A stretch of 64,000 nucleotides of DNA from Phormidium sp. GTDB lineage: Bacteria > Cyanobacteriota > Cyanobacteriia > Cyanobacteriales > Aerosakkonemataceae. A model generated the notes under the pieces. It searched no databases. It had not been told where the DNA came from and was given only the letters and a program-made list of their open reading frames with translations. The position numbers were made by a program, and so were the translations under genes. Location: contig CP143273.1 of assembly GCA_051013385.1 (NCBI GenBank), positions 1,952,001-2,016,000 on the forward strand. Direction: 5' to 3'. Below, piece after piece: positions 1 to 9,723 of this stretch. Numbering within the stretch: position 1 is the stretch's first letter; every line of letters begins with the position of its first letter.

Positions 1-513
1 TTCGCGTGGGGTTTTTCCTAACACATAGTCGAAAACGGGCCAATTAGCAGCACCAGATTTGTCAATTACGATCGCTGTTGCACCCGCGTTCAGGTAATGC
101 TGGGGTTCAGCAATGGCATCGGAACCGCCGACGACAACGGGTTTGCCTTTGCTGGCTAGATGTGCGATCGTCATACAGGTAACTTGGCGTTCTTGGGTGT
201 AGTTAACTGTCACTCCCCAAGCATCATAAGCTTCTGGATCTAAATCAAAAATTCTCCCTCCAACATAAGCTTTGGTGAGATTCATACCTTTCCAAGTCAC
301 TTCTCCGAAAGGTTCTCGACAATCACCATCTTTAAGATTAACTAATTGAGCATCAAAACCACCCGCTTGCAGATCCGCCATTAAAACCTGCTTACTGAGC
401 AAAGTATTCTTTCTGTATAATGCCGTCCAATTATGTCCTTCTTCGTCATACAATCCCAGCGCAGGTACTTCTACTAGTCCAATTGTCGAAGCCTTTTTTG
501 ATGGTGATGCCAT
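1..513 (-). CDS. N-terminal part of a probable cobalamin-binding radical SAM protein (runs off the left edge)
   Basis: Manual translation from ATG at 513, with a GGAG RBS upstream: MASPSKKASTIGLVEVPALGLY...WGVTVNYTQERQVTCMTIAHLASKGKPVVVGGSDAIAEPQHYLNAGA... The frame is open to the edge. VVVGGxxA resembles the B12-binding domain of class B radical SAM enzymes. Confidence 0.6.
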   Translation of the reverse strand, partial: MASPSKKASTIGLVEVPALGLYDEEGHNWTALYRKNTLLSKQVLMADLQAGGFDAQLVNLKDGDCREPFGEVTWKGMNLTKAYVGGRIFDLDPEAYDAWGVTVNYTQERQVTCMTIAHLASKGKPVVVGGSDAIAEPQHYLNAGATAIVIDKSGAANWPVFDYVLGKTPRE

Positions 514-605
514 GCGAATCTCCTAAAAAAGTAAGGAAAAACATGAAATATTCTTACCAATATAGAATAAACTTGAGAAATAGGGAAGCATGAGTTTTTA
601 CCTAT

Positions 606-675
606 TAGACCTCTCCAAAAAAGATTGTAGAGACGTTGTATACAACGTCTCTACAATCTTTTCTGGAGATGTCTA
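606..675. repeat. REP-like palindrome (GTAGAGACGTTGTATACAACGTCTCTAC core)
   Basis: Perfect 44-bp palindrome at 619-662 with imperfect outer arms. A near-identical core lies within 56984-57025. Confidence 0.85.
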
Positions 676-708
676 TTAGTTAACTAATAAACTGATATGG
701 ATGCCAAA

Positions 709-1060
709 TTAATCTTCGCTACTTTCCTTGACAGCAGGAAGCAGAATACCTTCCCGCAACAAGGTATCCATAAACTTCTTTCGCAGAATGCGCTGGATCT
801 GAAGATGTTTTCCCGGTTTCACTTTGGTTAAAGTTCGCAATAATAAATTAGATTCGCCAAGACTTTCTACGCCATCTATTTGTGTGGGTTCGACTACATC
901 TGGAATAATTTGCGTTTAATTGTTGTCCTATTTCTTCTATTACTTGATAGATCTGAACCAAATTAGAGTTAGAAGGTACGGCAACTTCGACTACGGCAAA
1001 AATGTATTGTTTGGAGTAATTGGTAATTGATCTAAACCAACGGTGAAATAAATTAAGTAT
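709..1060 (-). pseudogene. Decayed 3' fragment of an MscS channel gene (paralog of 4174..5760)
   Basis: Aligns by eye with 4174-4496, then jumps to 4778-4801 (internal deletion). There is a 1-nt insertion near 904 and no start codon. Confidence 0.85.
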
Positions 1061-1087
1061 CGGGAGTTAAAACATTTTTAACTCCCG
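1061..1087 (-). terminator. Hairpin downstream of the aminotransferase-methyltransferase gene
   Basis: CGGGAGTTAAAA-cat-TTTTAACTCCCG inverted repeat, 22 nt past the stop codon. Confidence 0.55.
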
Positions 1088-1109
1088 TTAATTCTATCGA
1101 TAAAATACG

Positions 1110-3002
1110 TTACTTCCGTAAAATTAGTAGCTCGTGGTTGCAGCTTTTTAACACACTCATTCTTTCCTTGAAAACTTCTTGCCACATCTTTATAGCACAA
1201 TAGTTTTTGATGGGATTGTAATACAAATCATTATCTTCGACTCTGAGAACTACAGCAAAAATACCACCTGGTTTAAGAATCCGAATCAGTTCCTCAAAGC
1301 TTTCTAAAGGAACTTGATTGCGAGTAAAAACGCCAGTTGATACTAAAGCGTTAAACGTATTATCTGCAAAAGAAAGAGTGTTACCCAACTCTTCTAGATG
1401 CAAAGCATTGTATATCCCCTGGTCTTTTAATAGGTCTAAAGACTTTTGGCTAATATCCAGTCCTTGGAGATTTTTAAAGCCGTAAGAATTGAGTTCTCGA
1501 CCTAATAATCCTGTACCACACCCTATATCTAAAATTAAAGCATCTTTCTTTAAATAGGATCTGAGGGTGTAAGCAATATGGTTAAGTAAAACCGTCCAGC
1601 CGTTATCGTAATGTTCCTGGTCGTAAAATAATACCCAAGAATCGTATTTTCCCCTCACTTGTTCGAGGTTTTCAAAGTAATCTGTTAATCCATTTGGATA
1701 ATCTTGCTCATCATCTTTTTTCAATATTTTATACAGAACATCTTTGATAATATAGCCGATTAAATTGAGGTCGTCGAAATTAAAAGATGATGGCAATCTC
1801 AGATCGCAAGCCGAAGAAATAATCGATTCGGTTTTTTCTAGGCTGGGTATTTCCGTAAATGAGTATTGCCAGTTTTTGTAATAACGAGAATTATCGTCTC
1901 TGCCAAAAATCTGGATCGCCACACCCCTCTCGCTAGTTTGTTGTAAAAATTGATCTACCTGTTCTGAAGTTAATCCCAAAAGATTAAATTGCAAACTGTC
2001 AGGCGCACGTTTCACTTTTGACAAAGGAGAGGGAATATAAATATTTCTGACAGAACTGAGAATTTCTGCTAACCGATCGTACCTTTGTATACCTTGAAAT
2101 ATCTTGTCTTCTAAAAATTCTATTTGAGGTCTTAAGACAGCAGCAGTTAAGTTACTCATTCGCAAACTAAAATTAGGAACATGAGGCTTCAATTTTTCAA
2201 ATAAATCGTCATCATAAGGACGAGCCAGATGTTTTTTGTATAACTTTTCGTAAGAACCCGCTCCTAGAATACAATAGGCAGCAAATAGTGGATTATTAGT
2301 GGCAATTAAACCCCCTTCACCAGAGTTGAGTAATTTATAACTTTGGGTACTAAAGCAAGCAATTTCTCCATGATGTCCTACTAAGTTTCCATCCCATTCT
2401 GCACCCAGACTATGAGCGCAATCTTCTATTAAATAAATTCCCGCGTTGTCACAAATATTCTTGACAGCATCTAAATCTGAAATATGTCCTCTCATGTGAG
2501 ACAAAACAAAGAACTTTGCGTCTGGATGAGCTTCTACTTTAAGTTTTAAATCTTCAATATCAATTCCATATTCAGAGTTACACTCCACGTAGATCGGAAC
2601 TCCACCAGCATGAACAATACTACTAGGAACTGCTGTGAAGGTAAAAGAATTAGTCAATACTTTGTTTCCAGCTTTGACCCCTGTTGCTTTCAGGGCTAAA
2701 AAGAGCGCACTTCCACAGGAGTTAACTGCAATAACATAGTTATGTTTTGTGTAGAGACTAAATTCATATTCCAGTTTGGCTACTTCAGTTGCTAGTTCCT
2801 CATCTCCATCTTTTAACTCATAAGGCTGGCTATAATTGCTCAAATCATCTGAAAAATTATAGCGATAAAGTCTTCCTTTTTGCATCAATTTTATTGCTTG
2901 CTCAATACCTGTTTGAGGAATTGGATCGGGAGTTTTGAAACTTTTATTAAATTTAATCAATGATTTTTGTTCTTTTTTTGATGCGATCGGGTTAAATTTC
3001 AT
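1110..3002 (-). CDS. DegT/DnrJ/EryC1/StrS-family PLP enzyme fused to a C-terminal class I SAM methyltransferase
   Basis: N-terminal motifs NSCGSAL, IEDCAHSLG and STQSYKLLNSGEGG (PLP lysine). C-terminal motifs ILDIGCGTG, GLDIS and LKPGG. Confidence 0.85.
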   Translation of the reverse strand: MKFNPIASKKEQKSLIKFNKSFKTPDPIPQTGIEQAIKLMQKGRLYRYNFSDDLSNYSQPYELKDGDEELATEVAKLEYEFSLYTKHNYVIAVNSCGSALFLALKATGVKAGNKVLTNSFTFTAVPSSIVHAGGVPIYVECNSEYGIDIEDLKLKVEAHPDAKFFVLSHMRGHISDLDAVKNICDNAGIYLIEDCAHSLGAEWDGNLVGHHGEIACFSTQSYKLLNSGEGGLIATNNPLFAAYCILGAGSYEKLYKKHLARPYDDDLFEKLKPHVPNFSLRMSNLTAAVLRPQIEFLEDKIFQGIQRYDRLAEILSSVRNIYIPSPLSKVKRAPDSLQFNLLGLTSEQVDQFLQQTSERGVAIQIFGRDDNSRYYKNWQYSFTEIPSLEKTESIISSACDLRLPSSFNFDDLNLIGYIIKDVLYKILKKDDEQDYPNGLTDYFENLEQVRGKYDSWVLFYDQEHYDNGWTVLLNHIAYTLRSYLKKDALILDIGCGTGLLGRELNSYGFKNLQGLDISQKSLDLLKDQGIYNALHLEELGNTLSFADNTFNALVSTGVFTRNQVPLESFEELIRILKPGGIFAVVLRVEDNDLYYNPIKNYCAIKMWQEVFKERMSVLKSCNHELLILRK

Positions 3003-3159
3003 TTTTGATCGTCCCCTGGTCGATAATTTTCCAACGAATTAAAAACAGTATGATGCTATTTCCGCAAAAGGAACATTCCAAAATTCCAACTTTTTAATGT
3101 CTGAATAATCGACAAAATAGAGTATATTTGGGGAATTATGGCCGATAATCTGATCATGT

Positions 3160-4167
3160 ATGTCGATCTCTAGGATCTGTGAAAGCCAACCTGACTCGGC
3201 TCCTGTTGTCGTGACGCGCCAATTCGACGATATTGATGTTTGGGCCCAAGCCATCAAACATTTGAATGTTACTGGCAACCAGTTAACCTCTGGTCAGTTT
3301 GTGGGGAGAGTTAATTTGGCAGACTTGGAGAGCGTGAAGTTTACTGACGTTACCTATAATCAAGCGATGAGAATAAAGGGGTTAAAAAATCCTCATCTCC
3401 TGGCATTTACGATCGCACTTCAAGGCGATCAGACACAGGTACTGTCTCATGGTTGTCCGATCAAAAAACACGACCTATTTGGTTTCGATCCAACGAGAGA
3501 AATTGATATGACGGCAGGGAAAGACGCTCACATAGTCGTCGCCAAGGTTAATTTGACAGTTTTCCAGTCCCTAGCCGAGCAAATGGGATACCATGACTTA
3601 GGGCAAAAGTTTCTCCAGCAAAATTCACTCCATTTCCATCCCGCTTCATTTCGCCATCTCAGAGCTTATTATCAGCAAGTCTCTCAAATGTTTATTCATC
3701 AACCATCATTATTAATGGAGTCGCAAGCCCAATCCCACATCGTCGAAAATTTCTTGCCGTTGCTGATGGATACGATCACAGCAGGTATCCGACAAAAAAA
3801 GCCGATCATAAAAACTTTACGCCGTTACCCGATCGTCAAAAAAGCCGAAGAAATTGCCCAATCTTATATTGACAAACCCTTAACCCTTAAACAATTGTGC
3901 GACGCATTGGAAACTAGCAGTAGCGCCTTATGTTATGGATTTCAAGACATTTTTGGCATGAGTCCAATGGCCTATATCAAGATTCAACGACTCAATGGAG
4001 TACGTCGCACTTTAAAAAATGCTGACCCTGAGACAATAATGGTGATGCAGGTGGCTCATAAGTGGGGATTTTGGAGTTCAGGGCATTTTTCTAGAGATTA
4101 CCAACAAATGTTCGGTGAATTACCATCAGAAACGCTGCGACAACAGTCTCAAATCAGAACAAACTAA
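3160..4167 (+). CDS. AraC-family transcriptional regulator (EutR-like)
   Basis: C-terminal double HTH: LTLKQLCDAL...FGMSPMAYIKIQRL...WGFWSSGHFSRDYQQMFGELPSETL. Divergent from the PLP-methyltransferase gene. Confidence 0.9.
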   Translation: MSISRICESQPDSAPVVVTRQFDDIDVWAQAIKHLNVTGNQLTSGQFVGRVNLADLESVKFTDVTYNQAMRIKGLKNPHLLAFTIALQGDQTQVLSHGCPIKKHDLFGFDPTREIDMTAGKDAHIVVAKVNLTVFQSLAEQMGYHDLGQKFLQQNSLHFHPASFRHLRAYYQQVSQMFIHQPSLLMESQAQSHIVENFLPLLMDTITAGIRQKKPIIKTLRRYPIVKKAEEIAQSYIDKPLTLKQLCDALETSSSALCYGFQDIFGMSPMAYIKIQRLNGVRRTLKNADPETIMVMQVAHKWGFWSSGHFSRDYQQMFGELPSETLRQQSQIRTN

Positions 4168-4173
4168 TCAGCA

Positions 4174-5760
4174 TTAATCTTCGCTACTTTCCCTAGAAGC
4201 AGGAAGCAGAATACCTTCCCGCAACAAGGTATCCATAAAATTCTTTCGCAGAATGCGCTGGATTTGAAGATGTTTTCCCGGCTTCACTTTGGTTAAAGTT
4301 CGTAGCAATAAGTTAGATTCGCCTAGACTTTCTACGCCATCTATTTGTGTGGGTTCGAGTACATCTGGATAATCTGTTTTTAACTGTTGTCCTACCGACT
4401 CAATTACTTGATAAACATGAACAAAATCAGAATTATATGGTACGTCAACTTCTACTACGGCAAAGATATATCCTTTGGAATAATTAGTAATTGATCCCAT
4501 CTCGCCGTTGCGAATAATTTGTAATTGACCATTGGGATGTCGGATGCGGGTGGTTCTTAGTTCGATCGCTTCCACAACACCCTCTAATTTTGTGTCTTCG
4601 TCTTTTCTCAACTCCACATAGTCACCCACTAAATAGTAGTTTTCAAACAGAATAAAGAAGCCGCTAACTATATCGTTGATTAGTGCTTGTGCGCCTAAAC
4701 CTACGGCTATACCAACAATACCTGCACCCGCTAGTATGGGAGTTGGATTAATATCGAGAGTGTAAAGGATGGAAACCCCAACGGTGAAATAAATTAAGTA
4801 TTGTAATAGACTGCGAAACAAGGGAATCAAAGTTAAGCGTCTGCTTCTTTGGATATCCGTCAAGTCTTTCTCTTTAAATACTATTTCCTCTACGAATAAA
4901 TAGACGACTTCAAAAATTACCTGACTTAAGAAAATCATGGCAATGATTTTGAGCATTCGCACACCAAAATCGGACATTTTGGCGATCGACTCTACCTGCT
5001 GAACTACCAATGTGGCGATGCAGACGTAAATGACAAATTCTAAACATCGCTTGAAAAATGGAATCAGGTGTCGGAGGCGATCGTAGAATCTTAACCAGTT
5101 ATCAGGACTAGAGTATTTAACAGTGAGAGCATCGAAAATATCAACGACTGAGGCGACTGCTTTGAGGATGAGTAATCCCACAGCAGTTATTAAATAGATT
5201 CTGAGTGCGATCGACAAATATTCCGAAACTATTACTGGTAATTTGAGAAACAGAGTACAACAAATGAACACCCATAACCAAATTCCCGATTTGATTCTTT
5301 GATAAAGAGTATTGAAGAAAGCATCAATAATATCATCGTCGGCAGTACTTCTTTCTATGGTTTTGGCGCGATTACTCACTACTTTCAAACTATATTTGAG
5401 TAATTTGAGTGCGATCGCTGCGACAATTATTGCGCCAATACTTTGAGCAATACCAATTCCCAGTGTAACCCAAAATCCTGCCGGGATTTGCCCAATCAAG
5501 TCTAGCGTATATTTTTGCAGGTCTTGACCTTGATAAATCAAGAAACCATTAACACCTATAATCAAAATACACAAGACCGCACCAACAAGTAACAACAATC
5601 CTGTAATGTTCCGACGCAGGATTTTGATTTGGCGCTCATTTAAATTAAATATTGAAAATTTAATCAACAGCTTGGATAAATTTCCGACCAGCCAAATCAA
5701 GAATAAAAAAGTAATTATTACCAGTCCAACTTCCGCCAATATAATTAATATGTTGCTCAT
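4174..5760 (-). CDS. MscS-family mechanosensitive channel with extended N-terminal membrane region
   Basis: GAGIVGIAVGLGAQALINDIVSGFFILFE...VGDYV...GVVEAIELRTT, plus many transmembrane segments. Confidence 0.9.
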   Translation of the reverse strand: MSNILIILAEVGLVIITFLFLIWLVGNLSKLLIKFSIFNLNERQIKILRRNITGLLLLVGAVLCILIIGVNGFLIYQGQDLQKYTLDLIGQIPAGFWVTLGIGIAQSIGAIIVAAIALKLLKYSLKVVSNRAKTIERSTADDDIIDAFFNTLYQRIKSGIWLWVFICCTLFLKLPVIVSEYLSIALRIYLITAVGLLILKAVASVVDIFDALTVKYSSPDNWLRFYDRLRHLIPFFKRCLEFVIYVCIATLVVQQVESIAKMSDFGVRMLKIIAMIFLSQVIFEVVYLFVEEIVFKEKDLTDIQRSRRLTLIPLFRSLLQYLIYFTVGVSILYTLDINPTPILAGAGIVGIAVGLGAQALINDIVSGFFILFENYYLVGDYVELRKDEDTKLEGVVEAIELRTTRIRHPNGQLQIIRNGEMGSITNYSKGYIFAVVEVDVPYNSDFVHVYQVIESVGQQLKTDYPDVLEPTQIDGVESLGESNLLLRTLTKVKPGKHLQIQRILRKNFMDTLLREGILLPASRESSED

Positions 5761-5885
5761 TTTTACCCCACAATTATTTGATTTTTATCATTGGATTTTC
5801 TGCTCTTTTTTATCAAGTCTTGGAGGAAAAGTAGGTGCGAGATTTTTCCTCCTCTAACTAACCTACTTTTCTCGAAATTTTCACT

Positions 5886-7004
5886 CTAATTATTGGCTGC
5901 TTTTTGAGACTGTTTATATTTTTCTGGCTCAGTTCGGAGCTCCACATACAAGAAATTGATGCCCTCTAGCTCTAACAGTTCTAAAATAGCTAGATTTAAA
6001 TTTCTCTCAGCATCAAAGTAGAGATTTTCATCATTAACAAAGGCAACGACTTTAATGACACGGGCATTATTTTCAATGTGACTAAATCGAACAATCATCT
6101 CTGAGGATAAACCCTTAATAGATGAAGGCATTTCTCGAATTGCGTTGCAGATTCTGGCGGTTTGCTTGGCTGAAATATTATCAATCTTGAGGGTTAAACT
6201 AAGACCCCATTTTAATTCCTTACCCGGATTTTGTGACCAATTTTCTACGATTCCCGTAATCATTCTCGAGTTGGGCATTTTCACAATCGAACCCCACTGA
6301 TAGACATGGAGGGTTGTAGTTCTAAATCCAATACTCATGATTTGTACAAAACCCTGCAATCCGACAACTGAAACCCAATCCCCTTCTCGATAGAGATTAT
6401 CGGAGTAGATAATAATTGTACAAAACCAGTCATAAACTATATCTTTCAACAACAAACCTAAAGTAATACCAGCACCACCTAATAAACCAACTAGTGCTGC
6501 TGCGGATTGTCCTAAAAAGATTTCACTGACCTTAATCGCGATGACGATAACTGCTGCCGATTGAAAAATCTTTGGCATCAAAGGTCTGAGTAATTCATCC
6601 AACTCTGTGTCACTATGTAGCAACACATTAGCAATTATTTGCCCAAATATAGAAGCCGATCGGAAAACCGCATAAGCAATTATGAAAACGACTATCAAAT
6701 TGAGCGCCCTGCCAACTGTTTCGCTCAATTGCGGCCCTAATTCCTGTGCCAGAATTTCCTTGACAATCCACAGTCCACCAATCAGAATTAACCAACTTAA
6801 AGAAGGTTTGAGAATCGCAATTAATTCATCATCGAGGGTGGTCTTGGTTTTGCGAGTCAAGCGCTCAATAGTTTTAACTATAGCTGCAATCACAAATCGT
6901 CTCAACGTTTGTGTCAGCGTCAATATGATAATGACAGCAACTATTTTGCCAATGGGTACGCCAGAATAATCGAGATTTTTCAGCGTGTCTAAAATTGCTT
7001 GCAT
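5886..7004 (-). CDS. MscS-family mechanosensitive channel
   Basis: LLGGAGITLGLLLKD...YREGDWV...GFVQIMSIGFRTT...MPNS. Confidence 0.85.
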   Translation of the reverse strand: MQAILDTLKNLDYSGVPIGKIVAVIIILTLTQTLRRFVIAAIVKTIERLTRKTKTTLDDELIAILKPSLSWLILIGGLWIVKEILAQELGPQLSETVGRALNLIVVFIIAYAVFRSASIFGQIIANVLLHSDTELDELLRPLMPKIFQSAAVIVIAIKVSEIFLGQSAAALVGLLGGAGITLGLLLKDIVYDWFCTIIIYSDNLYREGDWVSVVGLQGFVQIMSIGFRTTTLHVYQWGSIVKMPNSRMITGIVENWSQNPGKELKWGLSLTLKIDNISAKQTARICNAIREMPSSIKGLSSEMIVRFSHIENNARVIKVVAFVNDENLYFDAERNLNLAILELLELEGINFLYVELRTEPEKYKQSQKAANN

Positions 7005-7106
7005 ACGCTTTCCTCAGCTTGAAACGAAACTTTGAAATCTAAAACTTCTTAGATAGTGTAAATACTTAATACTGAATTAAGTATCAAGAGCAAATCAGGG
7101 TTACTG

Positions 7107-7222
7107 ATATCATGTCCGCTTGATTACCCATAATTCCCATTGCTCACCAACCCGCCTACGGCACCCCTCCCCGTCAACGGGTAGGGGTTGTGTTATGAGG
7201 CGTAATCTACCGGAAATGATAT
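7107..7222. mobile_element. ~116-bp MITE-like element
   Basis: Imperfect terminal inverted repeats TATCATGTCCGCTTGATTAC / GTAATCTACCGGAAATGATA enclose a GC-rich hairpin. Confidence 0.55.
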
Positions 7223-7430
7223 GAGTCAGTGAAATGCTGGACTGCACCAGATGATATCCATCTGGATTTGCTAAATGTTATTGTTGATACCAAGACCATT
7301 AATACTGTAGTGGAAAAATATAAGAAAAATATAAGAAAAATATAAGATGAAGAAAATTCTCAATTTTTTTCATCTTATATTTTTCCTGCCAACGCATTTT
7401 CTGTTTACAGCCGAGTATAATCGCCAGCGT

Positions 7431-8234
7431 TCACTTCAAACTTGCCAATGCAATCTTTGTGTCCTGGGAAGAAGCTTCACTAACCATCCCTGAATATTCC
7501 CCGTTATAGTTGGTAAATTCAGACGGTGCTTTGCGAATATTAGATAGACGAATTTGCCAATCGGAAACCTCCTCATAACTAAGGTGATGAGTATTGGAAG
7601 TTGTTGTCCACACCCCCCAAAGACAGGTGTCTTCAAACTGTAACAGTCCTGCCTTCCGTAAGCTTTGGGCTTGCCCAGTTCCAGGCAAGGGAATAATGCT
7701 GTAGCAAGAAGTCTGAAATTCCAATTTCGGGTTAATTTCTACTAGTTCATCCACCAGTTCTGCGATCGCTTCCTCAAGACGTAACAAGTCCTCATGGTCA
7801 TCATCGGGTAGCCCGATAATAATGCCATAACCAATCACAGGTACACCAGTTCTGACTACAGATTTCATCAAAGTACAATGCTCTTGCCAGGGCAGGAGCT
7901 TTTTGTAGGCTTCTCGTCCAAACACGGGACGTTCGGCAGGAATATAAGCCAAAAGACAACCGACTTTGCCATCCCAGCCAAACAGTGCTTCAATCAGTTC
8001 TTCGTCAGGTCTGAGGTCGCTACTTTCGTAGTTACGCCCAGCGCCGAGAGTTGTTTTTCTCAGTTCTAAACCATTGGGCCAGATGAGAGTTATTCCCATT
8101 TCCCGCGCACCATTGGTAATTTCCAGGATCTCTTGTCGCCCTTCGGGAAAGAGTCCACGAGCGAGGAATTGATCTGACCCTATATTGATCGATCGCGCCC
8201 CTGCTTCTTTCTGGATCTCCAACCTGGCGATCGC
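7431..8234 (-). pseudogene. 5'-truncated radical SAM gene (C-terminal TIM-barrel part)
   Basis: SDQFL...WPNGLE...YGIIIGLPDD...IIPLPGT resembles the C-terminal half of B12-radical SAM proteins. The CxxxCxxC motif and B12 domain are absent. The fragment starts at a HIP1 site (8227-8234) next to the IS left end. Confidence 0.65.
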
Positions 8235-8267
8235 AGAACATCTGCATAGCACCTAATTACCTAAAAT

Positions 8268-9715
8268 GTCGGATGAATGCCCCCGTTACAGCGCAGCTTA
8301 ACGGGGGATGAAATCCGACCAGCTAACTCAGAAGCGTAGCAACGATTTAATTCTACCATTCATGGGTAAAGCGTGTTAAACTAAGGCTAATCCAAGGTCG
8401 AGGACAAGTAGATGTTAGTTGTAGAAGCCAAGCTAAAAAACGGCACTCCAGAACAATACCAAAAGCTAGAAGAAGCCATCAGAACGGCGCAGTTCGTAAG
8501 AAACAAATGCGTGAAATATTGGATGGAGAACAAAGGAACCACAAGGAATGACCTACAGAAACTTTGTGCCGTTTTAGCCTCATATTCTACAACCCCTTGG
8601 GTAAACAAATTAAATTCACAAGCACGACAATCAAGTGCAGACCGAGCATGGAATTCCATTGCTCGGTTTTATGCTAACTGTCGGGATTCGTCAATTAAAA
8701 AGAAAGGCTTTCCTAAGTTCAAGAAGTTTAGTAGATCGGTAGAATATAAAACCACTGGCTACAAACTTTCTGATGATAGGAAACAAATCACCTTCACTGA
8801 TGGATTCAAGGCAGGAACATTTGACTTGTGGTGTTCGCAGAAAACCATCGTCTACTATTCAGAACAGCAAATTAAGCGGTTAAGAGTAGTAAGACGTGCT
8901 GATGGCTATTACTGTCAATTTGTGATTGACCATGAGCGGGAAGAGAAACACGAGTTCACTGGCTCTGTGGTGGGAATTGATTTAGGACTTAAGGAGTTTT
9001 ATACCGATTCCAATGGCAACACAGTAGAAAATCCTCGCTTTTCCCGTAAAACAGAAAAACGCTTGAGAAAAGCCCAACGTAGGCTATCTAAGCGTTATAA
9101 AAGAGGTCAAAAACAATCAGCTAATTATCACAAGCAACGGCAAAAAGTTGCCTTATTACACTTAAAAGTTTCTCGACAACGTAAAGACAGAAGCATTAAA
9201 GACGCTCTGGCGTTAGTCCAATCTAATGATTTGGTAGTCTATGAAGCTTTGAAAGTGTCTAATTTGGTGAAAAATCACAAGCTAGCGAAAAGCATCAGCG
9301 ATGCTTCTTGGTATCAGTTCATCCAATGGGTAAATTATTTCGCCAAGATTCATAAGATAACTTGCATCGCTGTACCACCACAATTCACGACGATTGATTG
9401 TTCAGTTTGTGGGGCAAAGGTTTATAAGACTTTGAGTACTAGAACTCATCAATGCCCCTACTGTAAAACAGTTTTAGATCGGGATTGGAACGCAGCAATT
9501 AATATTTTGAAAAAAGGGTTGAAATACTTAGGGGAATACCTTAACGGTACTGTTGGGCAAACAGGAACCGACCTAAACGACTGGGGAGAATCCGACCTAT
9601 GGGTCTTCAATAGAGATATTGAGGATTTAAGTCGTTTCGTTGAACCAGTAATCCCAAGAAGTGATTCTGGGAGAATCCCCCGTCACAGCGAAGCTTGACG
9701 GTGGGAGTATGTCAA
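8268..9715 (+). mobile_element. IS200/IS605-family element carrying only tnpB (non-autonomous)
   Basis: Related subterminal hairpins: CCCCCGTTACAGCGCAGCTTAACGGGGG on the left and CCCCCGTCACAGCGAAGCTTGACGGTGGG on the right, which ends ...TATGTCAA. No tnpA. The left boundary is approximate. Confidence 0.8.
8412..9698 (+). CDS. tnpB: RNA-guided endonuclease TnpB
   Basis: RuvC-I GIDLGL, RuvC-II VVYEAL, zinc finger CSVC...CPYC, RuvC-III DRDWNAAINI. Confidence 0.93.
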   Translation: MLVVEAKLKNGTPEQYQKLEEAIRTAQFVRNKCVKYWMENKGTTRNDLQKLCAVLASYSTTPWVNKLNSQARQSSADRAWNSIARFYANCRDSSIKKKGFPKFKKFSRSVEYKTTGYKLSDDRKQITFTDGFKAGTFDLWCSQKTIVYYSEQQIKRLRVVRRADGYYCQFVIDHEREEKHEFTGSVVGIDLGLKEFYTDSNGNTVENPRFSRKTEKRLRKAQRRLSKRYKRGQKQSANYHKQRQKVALLHLKVSRQRKDRSIKDALALVQSNDLVVYEALKVSNLVKNHKLAKSISDASWYQFIQWVNYFAKIHKITCIAVPPQFTTIDCSVCGAKVYKTLSTRTHQCPYCKTVLDRDWNAAINILKKGLKYLGEYLNGTVGQTGTDLNDWGESDLWVFNRDIEDLSRFVEPVIPRSDSGRIPRHSEA

Positions 9716-9723
9716 TCTTCTTC

